From: the human T2T-CHM13v2.0 reference genome, Homo sapiens
Strand: one strand, 5' to 3'
Assembly: GCF_009914755.1 (NCBI RefSeq)
Contig: NC_060933.1
Length of the DNA stretch: 64,000 bases
Positions 56,901 through 64,000 of this stretch are shown in pieces. A program made the translations under genes and the position numbers. A model generated the notes under the pieces. It saw only the letters and a list, made by a program, of their open reading frames with translations, did no database searches and was not told the origin of the DNA. Every line of letters begins with the position of its first letter. Positions within the stretch are counted from its first letter, which is position 1.

Positions 56901-58741
56901 CTCAACTAACAGAGATGAACCTTTCTTTTTACAGAGCAGTTTTGAAACACTCTTTTTGTGGAATATGAAAGTGGATATTTGGATAGCTTTGAGGATTTCG
57001 TTGGAAACGGGATTACATATAAAATCTAGAGAGAAGCATTCTCAGGAACTTCTTTGTGATGTTTGCATTCACGTCACAGAACTGAACATTCCCTTTCATA
57101 GAGCATGTTTGAAACACTCTTTCTGTAGTATCTGCAAACGGACATTTCAAACGCTTTCAGGCCTATGGTGAGAAAGGAAATATCTTCAAATAAAAACTAG
57201 ACAGAAGCATTCTCAGAAACTTATTTGCGATGTGTGTCCTCAACTAACAGAGTTGAACCTTTCTTTTGATACAACATTTTGGAAACACTCTTTTTGTAGA
57301 ATCTGCAAGTGGATATTTGAATAGCTTTGAAGGTTTCTTTGGAAACGGGAATATCTTCATATAAAATCAAGACAGAAGCATTCTCAGAAACTTCTCTGTG
57401 ATGTTTGCATTCAACTCATAGAGTTGAACACTTCCCTTCATACAGCAGGTTTGAAACACTCTTTTTGTAATATTTGGAAGTGGACATTTGCAGCGCTTTG
57501 AGGCCTATGATGAAAAAGGAAATATCTTCCCACAAAAACTAGACAGAAGAATTCTCAGAAACTTGTTTGTGATGTGTGTATTCAACTAACAGAGATGAAC
57601 CTTTCTTTTTACAGAGCAGTTTTGAAACACTCTTTTTGTGGAATCTGAAAGTGGATATTTGGATAGCTTTGCGGATTTCGTTGGAAACGGGATTACATAT
57701 AAAATCTAGGGAGAAGCATTCTCAGGAACTTCTTTGTGATGTTTGCATTCAAGTCACAGAACTGAACATTCCCTTTCATAGAGCAGGTTTGAAACACTCT
57801 TTCTGTAGTATCTGCAAGCGGACGTTTTAAGCGCTTTCAGGCCTGTGGTGAGAAAGGAAATATCTTCAAATAAAAACTAGACAGAAGCATTCTCAGAAAC
57901 TTATTTGCGATGTGTGTCCTCAACTAACAGAGTTGAACCTTTCTTTTGATACAACATTTTGGAAACACTCTTTTTGTAGAATCTGCAAGTGGATATTTGG
58001 ATAACTTTGAAGGTTTCGTTGGAAACGGGAATATCTTCATATGAAATCAAGACAGAAGCATTCTCAGAAACTTCTCTGTGATGTTTGCATTCAACTCATA
58101 GAGTTGAACACTTCCCTTCATACAGCAGGTTTGAAACACTCTTTTTGTAATATTTGGAAGTGGACATTTGCAGCGCTTTGAGGCCTATGTTGAAAAAGGA
58201 AATATCTTCTCCTAAAAACCAGACAGAAGCATTCTCAGAAACTTCCTTGTGATGTGTGTACTCAAGTAACAGAGTTGAACCTTCCTTTTGACAGAGCAGT
58301 TTTGAAGCACTCTTTTTGTAGAATCTGCAAGTGGATATTTTGATACCTTTGAGGATTTCGTTGGACACGGGATATCTTCATATAAAATCTAGACAGAAGC
58401 ATTCTCAGAAACTTCTTTGTGCTGTATGTCCTCAATTAACAGAGTTGAACCTTTGTGTGGATACAGCATTTTGGAAACATTCCTTTAGTAGAATCTGCAA
58501 GTTGATATTTAGATAGCTAGGAAGATTTCCTTGGAAACGGGAATATCTTCATATAAAATCTAGACGGAAGCATTCTCAGAAAGTGCTTTGTGATGTTTGC
58601 ATTCAAGTCACAGAGTTGAATATTCCCTTTTATAGAGCAGGTTTGAAACACTCTTTCTGCACTACCTGGAAGTGGACATTTGGAGCGCTTTGAGGCCTAT
58701 GTTGAAAAAGGAAATATCTTCCCATAAAAACTAGACAGAAG
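50918..58741 (+). repeat. Two tandem 23-mer HORs (3912 bp; A-B-A-B-C-T)
   Basis: Trimer markers at 50507, 54419 and 58331 are spaced 3912, with five tetramers per unit. Confidence 0.94.
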
Positions 58742-61293
58742 CATTCTCAGAAACTTGTTTGTGATGTGTGTATTCAACTAACAGAGATGAACCTTTCTTT
58801 TTACAGAGCAGTTTTGAAACACTCTTTTTGTGGAATCTGAAAGTGGATATTTGGATAGCTTTGAGGATTTCGTTGGAAACGGGATTACATATAAAACCTA
58901 GAGAGAAGCATTCTCAGGAACTTCTTTGTGATGTTTGCATTCAAGTCACAGGACTGAACATTCCCTTTCATAGAGCAGGTTTGAAACACTCTTTCTGTAG
59001 TATCTGCAAGCTGACGTTTCAAGCGCTTTCAGGCCTATGGTGAGAAAGGAAATATCTTCAAGTAAAAACTAGACAGAAGCATTCTCAGAAACTTATTTGA
59101 GATGTGTGTTCTCAACTAACAGAGTTGAACCTTTGTTTCGATATGGCATTTTGGAAACACTCTTTTTGTAGAATCTGCAGGTGGATATTCGGATAGCTTT
59201 GAAGGTTTCGTTGGAAACGGGAATATCTTCATATAAAATCTAGACGGAAGCATTCTCAGAAACTGCTTTGTGATGTTTTCATTCAAGTCACAGAGTAGAA
59301 TGTTCCCTGTTATATACCAGGTTAGAGACACTCTTTCTGCACTACCTGGAAGTGGACATTTGCAGCGCTTTGAGGCCTATGATGAAAAAGGAAATATCTT
59401 CCCATAAAAACTAGACAGAAGCATTCTCAGAAACTTGTTTGTGATGTGTGTATTCAACTAACAGAGATGAACCTTTCTTTTTACAGAGCAGTTTTGAAAC
59501 ACTCTTTTTGTGGAATCTGAAAGTGGATATTTGGATAGCTTTGAGGATTTCGTTGGAAACGGGATTACATATAAAATCTAGAGAGAAGCATTCTCAGGAA
59601 CTTCTTTGTGATGTTTGCATTCACGTCACAGAACTGAACATTCCCTTTCATAGAGCAGGTTTGAAACACTCTTTCTGTAGTATCTGCAAACGGACATTTC
59701 AAACGCTTTCAGGCCTATGGTGAGAAAGGAAATATCTTCAAATAAAAACTAGACAGAAGCATTCTCAGAAACTTATTTGCGATGTGTGTCCTCAACTAAC
59801 AGAGTTGAACCTTTCTTTTGATACAACATTTTGGAAACACTCTTTTTGTAGTATCTGCAAGTGGATATTTGAATAGCTTTGAAGGTTTCGTTGGAAACGG
59901 GAATATCTTCATATAAAATCAAGACAGAAGCATTCTCAGAAACTTCTCTGTGATGTTTGCATTCAACTCATAGAGTTGAACACTTCCCTTCATACAGCAG
60001 GTTTGAAACACTCTTTTTGTAATATTTGGAAGTGGACATTTGCAGCGCTTTGAGGCCTATGATGAAAAAGGAAATATCTTCCCATAAAAACTAGACAGAA
60101 GCATTCTCAGAAACTTGTTTGTGATGTGTGTATTCAACTAACAGAGATGAACCTTTCTTTTTACAGAGCAGTTTTGAAACACTCTTTTTGTGGAATCTGA
60201 AAGTGGATATTTGGATAGCTTTGCGGATTTCGTTGGAAACGGGATTACATATAAAATCTAGGGAGAAGCATTCTCAGGAACTTCTTTGTGATGTTTGCAT
60301 TCAAGTCACAGAACTGAACATTCCCTTTCATAGAGCAGGTTTGAAACACTCTTTCTGTAGTATCTGCAAGCGGACGTTTTAAACGCTTTCAGGCCTGTGG
60401 TGAGAAAGGAAATATCTTCAAATAAAAACTAGACAGAAGCATTCTCAGAAACTTATTTGCGATGTGTGTCCTCAACTAACAGAGTTGAACCTTTCTTTTG
60501 ATACAACATTTTGGAAACACTCTTTTTGTAGAATCTGCAAGTGGATATTTGGATAGCTTTGAAGGTTTCGTTGGAAACGGGAATATCTTCATATGAAATC
60601 AAGACAGAAGCATTCTCAGAAACTTCTCTGTGATGTTTGCATTCAACTCATAGAGTTGAACACTTCCCTTCATACAGCAGGTTTGAAACACTCTTTTTGT
60701 AATATTTGGAAGTGGACATTTGCAGCGCTTTGAGGCCTATGTTGAAAAAGGAAATATCTTCTCCTAAAAACCAGACAGAAGCATTCTCAGAAACTTCCTT
60801 GTGATGTGTGTACTCAAGTAACAGAGTTGAACCTTCCTTTTGACAGAGCAGTTTTGAAGCACTCTTTTTGTAGAATCTGCAAGTGGATATTTTGATACCT
60901 TTGAGGATTTCGTTGGACACGGGATATCTTCATATAAAATCTAGACAGAAGCATTCTCAGAAACTTCTTTGTGCTGTATGTCCTCAATTAACAGAGTTGA
61001 ACCTTTGTGTGGATACAGCATTTTGGAAACATTCCTTTAGTAGAATCTGCAAGTTGATATTTAGATAGCTAGGAAGATTTCCTTGGAAACGGGAATATCT
61101 TCATATAAAATCTAGACGGAAGCATTCTCAGAAAGTGCTTTGTGATGTTTGCATTCAAGTCACAGAGCTGAATATTCCCTTTTATAGAGCAGGTTTGAAA
61201 CACTCTTTCTGCACTACCTGGAAGTGGACATTTGGAGCGCTTTGAGGCCTATGTTGAAAAAGGAAATATCTTCCCATAAAAACTAGACAGAAG
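58742..61293 (+). repeat. 15-mer HOR (2552 bp)
   Basis: Tetramer markers at 58768, 59448 and 60128; trimer marker at 60883. Confidence 0.93.
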
Positions 61294-64000
61294 CATTCTC
61301 AGAAACTTGTTTGTGATGTGTGTATTCAACTAACAGAGATGAACCTTTCTTTTTACAGAGCAGTTTTGAAACACTCTTTTTGTGGAATCTGAAAGTGGAT
61401 ATTTGGATAGCTTTGAGGATTTCGTTGGAAACGGGATTACATATAAAACCTAGAGAGAAGCATTCTCAGGAACTTCTTTGTGATGTTTGCCTTCAAGTCA
61501 CAGGACTGAACATTCCCTTTCATAGAGCAGGTTTGAAACACTCTTTCTGTAGTATCTGCAAGCTGACGTTTCAAGCGCTTTCAGGCCTATGGTGACAAAG
61601 GAAATATCTTCAAGTAAAAACTAGACAGAAGCATTCTCAGAAACTTATTTGCCATGTGTGTTCTCAACTAACAGAGTTGAACCTTTGTTTTGATACGGCA
61701 TTTTGGAAACACTCTTTTTGTAGAATCTGCAGGTGGATATTCGGATAGCTTTGAAGGTTTCGTTGGAAACGGGAATATCTTCATATAAAATCTAGACGGA
61801 AGCATTCTCAGAAACTGCTTTGTGATGTTTTCATTCAAGTCACAGAGTAGAATGTTCCCTGTTATATACCAGGTTTGAGACACTCTTTCTGCACTACCTG
61901 GAAGTGGACATTTGCAGCGCTTTGAGGCCTATGATGAAAAAGGAAATATCTTCCCATAAAAACTAGACAGAAGCATTCTCAGAAACTTGTTTGTGATGTG
62001 TGTATTCAACTAACAGAGATGAACCTTTCTTTTTACAGAGCAGTTTTGAAACACTCTTTTTGTGGAATCTGAAAGTGGATATTTGGATAGCTTTGAGGAT
62101 TTCGTTGGAAACGGGATTAAATATAAAATCTAGAGAGAAGCATTCTCAGGAACTTCTTTGTGATGTTTGCATTCACGTCACAGAACTGAACATTCCCTTT
62201 CATAGAGCATGTTTGAAACACTCTTTCTGTAGTATCTGCAAACGGACATTTCAAACGCTTTCAGGCCTATGGTGAGAAAGGAAATATCTTCAAATAAAAA
62301 CTAGACAGAAGCATTCTCAGAAACTTATTTGCGATGTGTGTCCTCAACTAACAGAGTTGAACCTTTCTTTTGATACAACATTTTGGAAACACTCTTTTTG
62401 TAGAATCTGCAAGTGGATATTTGAATAGCTTTGAAGGTTTCGTTGGAAACGGGAATATCTTCATATAAAATCAAGACAGAAGCATTCTCAGAAACTTCTC
62501 TGTGATGTTTGCATTCAACTCATAGAGTTGAACACTTCCCTTCATACAGCAGGTTTGAAACACTCTTTTTGTAATATTTGGAAGTGGACATTTGCAGCGC
62601 TTTGAGGCCTATGATGAAAAAGGTAATATCTTCCCATAAAAACTAGACAGAAGCATTCTCAGAAACTTGTTTGTGATGTGTGTATTCAACTAACAGAGAT
62701 GAACCTTTCTTTTTACAGAGCAGTTTTGAAACACTCTTTTTGTGGAATCTGAAAGTGGATATTTGGATAGCTTTGCGGATTTCGTTGGAAACGGGATTAC
62801 ATATAAAACCTAGAGAGAAGCATTCTCAGGAACATCTTTGCGATGTTTGCATTCAAGTCACAGAACTGAACATTCCCTTTCATAGAGCAGGTTTGAAACA
62901 CTCTTTCTGTAGTATCTGCAAGCTGACGTTTCAAGCGCTTTCAGGCCTATGGTGAGAAAGGAAATTTCTTCAAGTAAAAACTAGACAGAAGCATTCTCAG
63001 AAACTTATTTGCGATGTGTGTTCTCAACTAACAGAGTTGAACCTTTGTTTTGATATGGCATTTTGGAAACACTCTTTTTGCAGAATCTGCAGGTGGATAT
63101 TCGGATAGCTTTGAAGGTTTCGTTGGAAACGGGAATATCTTCATATAAAATCTAGACGGAAGCATTCTCAGAAACTGCTTTGTGATGTTTTCATTCAAGT
63201 CACAGAGTAGAATGTTCCCTGTTATATACCAGGTTTGAGACACTGTTTCTGCACTACATGGAAGTGGACATTTGGAGCGCTTTGAGGCCTATGTTGAAAA
63301 AGGAAATATCTTCCCATAAAAACTAGACAGAAGCATTCTCAGAAACTTGTTTGTGATGTGTGTATTCAACTAACAGAGATGAACCTTTCTTTTTACAGAG
63401 CAGTTTTGAAACACTCTTTTTGTGGAATCTGAAAGTGGATATTTGGATAGCTTTGAGGATTTCGTTGGAAACGGGATTACATATAAAATCTAGAGAGAAG
63501 CATTCTCAGGAACTTCTTTGTGATGTTTGCATTCACGTCACAGAACTGAACATTCCCTTTCATAGAGCATGTTTGAAACACTCTTTCTGTAGTATCTGCA
63601 AACGGACATTTCAAACGCTTTCAGGCCTATGGTGAGAAAGGAAATATCTTCAAATAAAAACTAGACAGAAGCATTCTCAGAAACTTATTTGCGATGTGTG
63701 TCCTCAACTATCAGAGTTGAACCTTTCTTTTGATACAACATTTTGGAACCACTCTTTTTGTAGAATCTGCAAGTGGATATTTGAATAGCTTTGAAGGTTT
63801 CGTTGGAAACGGGAATATCTTCATATAAAATCAAGACAGAAGCATTCTCAGAAACTTCTCTGTGATGTTTGCATTCAACTCATAGAGTTGAACACTTCCC
63901 TTCATACAGCAGGTTTGAAACACTCTTTTTGTAATATTTGGAAGTGGACATTTGCAGCGCTTTGAGGCCTATGATGAAAAAGGAAATATCTTCCCATAAA
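61294..64000 (+). repeat. Partial long HOR (at least 4 tetramers A1-B-C/A-B, truncated by the window end)
   Basis: Tetramer markers at 61320, 62000, 62680 and 63360. The window ends in ...CTTCCCATAAA (tetramer-to-tetramer junction type) rather than CTTCTCCTAAA (pre-trimer type). Confidence 0.88.

Larger units (their letters stand above)
1..64000 (+). repeat. Centromeric alpha satellite higher-order repeat array (SF2-like dimeric type; probably D9Z4/S2C9H1L or the related D4Z1/S2C4H1L)
   Basis: Continuous ~171-bp monomers begin CATTCTCAG(A/G)AAC at 50, 217, 388, 559, 730 and so on, with alpha-satellite hallmarks (TTGAAACACTCTTTTTGTAGAATCTGCAAGTGGATATTTGG, CENP-B box TTTCGTTGGAAACGGGA). Identical ORF artefacts recur at 680/1192-bp spacing. 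The alpha-satellite call is near certain; the chromosome assignment is only ~0.6 and rests on the 4/7/11/15/19-mer ladder. Confidence 0.99.

Noticed and set aside
76-63635. Repeated 61-97 aa ORFs (MYSTNRDEPF..., MSQTWYITG..., MSNEILKG..., MDILIPLR...)
   Set aside because: They are chance stop-free frames in alpha satellite, mostly starting at GTG/TTG rather than ATG, overlapping on both strands and recurring only because the DNA repeats. There are no recognisable domains, and they are freely disrupted by SNVs (for example the stop codons near 19375 and 24479).
1-64000. CRISPR-like or prokaryotic repeat system (conserved AGACAGAAGCATTCTCAGAAAC every ~171 bp)
   Set aside because: The intervening sequence is homologous monomer body rather than unique spacers, there are no cas genes, and the CENP-B boxes identify alpha satellite.
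1-64000. Transposon insertion (Alu/L1), inversion or non-satellite island
   Set aside because: The monomer register is continuous and all spacings are accounted for by 680/512-bp modules and one 4-bp deletion. There is no poly-A tail, target-site duplication or strand switch.
1-64000. A previously undescribed gene-encoded biological system
   Set aside because: Nothing in the sequence supports one. All structure is explained by alpha-satellite HOR organisation and its recombinational turnover.

Overview
The whole 64 kb window is one uninterrupted, single-orientation array of primate (human-type) centromeric alpha satellite. The ~171-bp monomers alternate between CENP-B-box (B-type) and pJalpha-type (A-type) monomers, a dimeric, suprachromosomal family 2 (SF2)-like layout. 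Higher-order repeats (HORs) are built from a 680-bp tetramer (167+171+171+171) repeated n times plus a 512-bp trimer (170+171+171). This gives 24 complete HORs: 7 x 11-mer (1872 bp), 12 x 15-mer (2552 bp, one of them 2548), 3 x 19-mer (3232 bp) and 2 x 23-mer (3912 bp), plus a partial unit at the end. The (4n+3)-mer ladder best fits the chromosome 9 D9Z4 / chromosome 4 D4Z1 pair of related live HORs; that assignment is from recall and unverified. There are no genuine genes, and all listed ORFs are satellite artefacts. I saw no RNA genes, transposons, inversions or CRISPR. I found no new gene-encoded system. What is notable is the array's evolutionary record: SNV-marked super-HOR duplications (3744, 5104, 3912 and ~23.6 kb periods), hybrid monomers with narrowly mappable crossover points, a short gene-conversion tract, a single indel and amplified CENP-B-box-dead variants. 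Tetramer labels used below are A1/A2 (aaaacctaga), B (attcacgtca, gagcatgttt), C (gcggatttcg, tctagggaga) and T (trimer).
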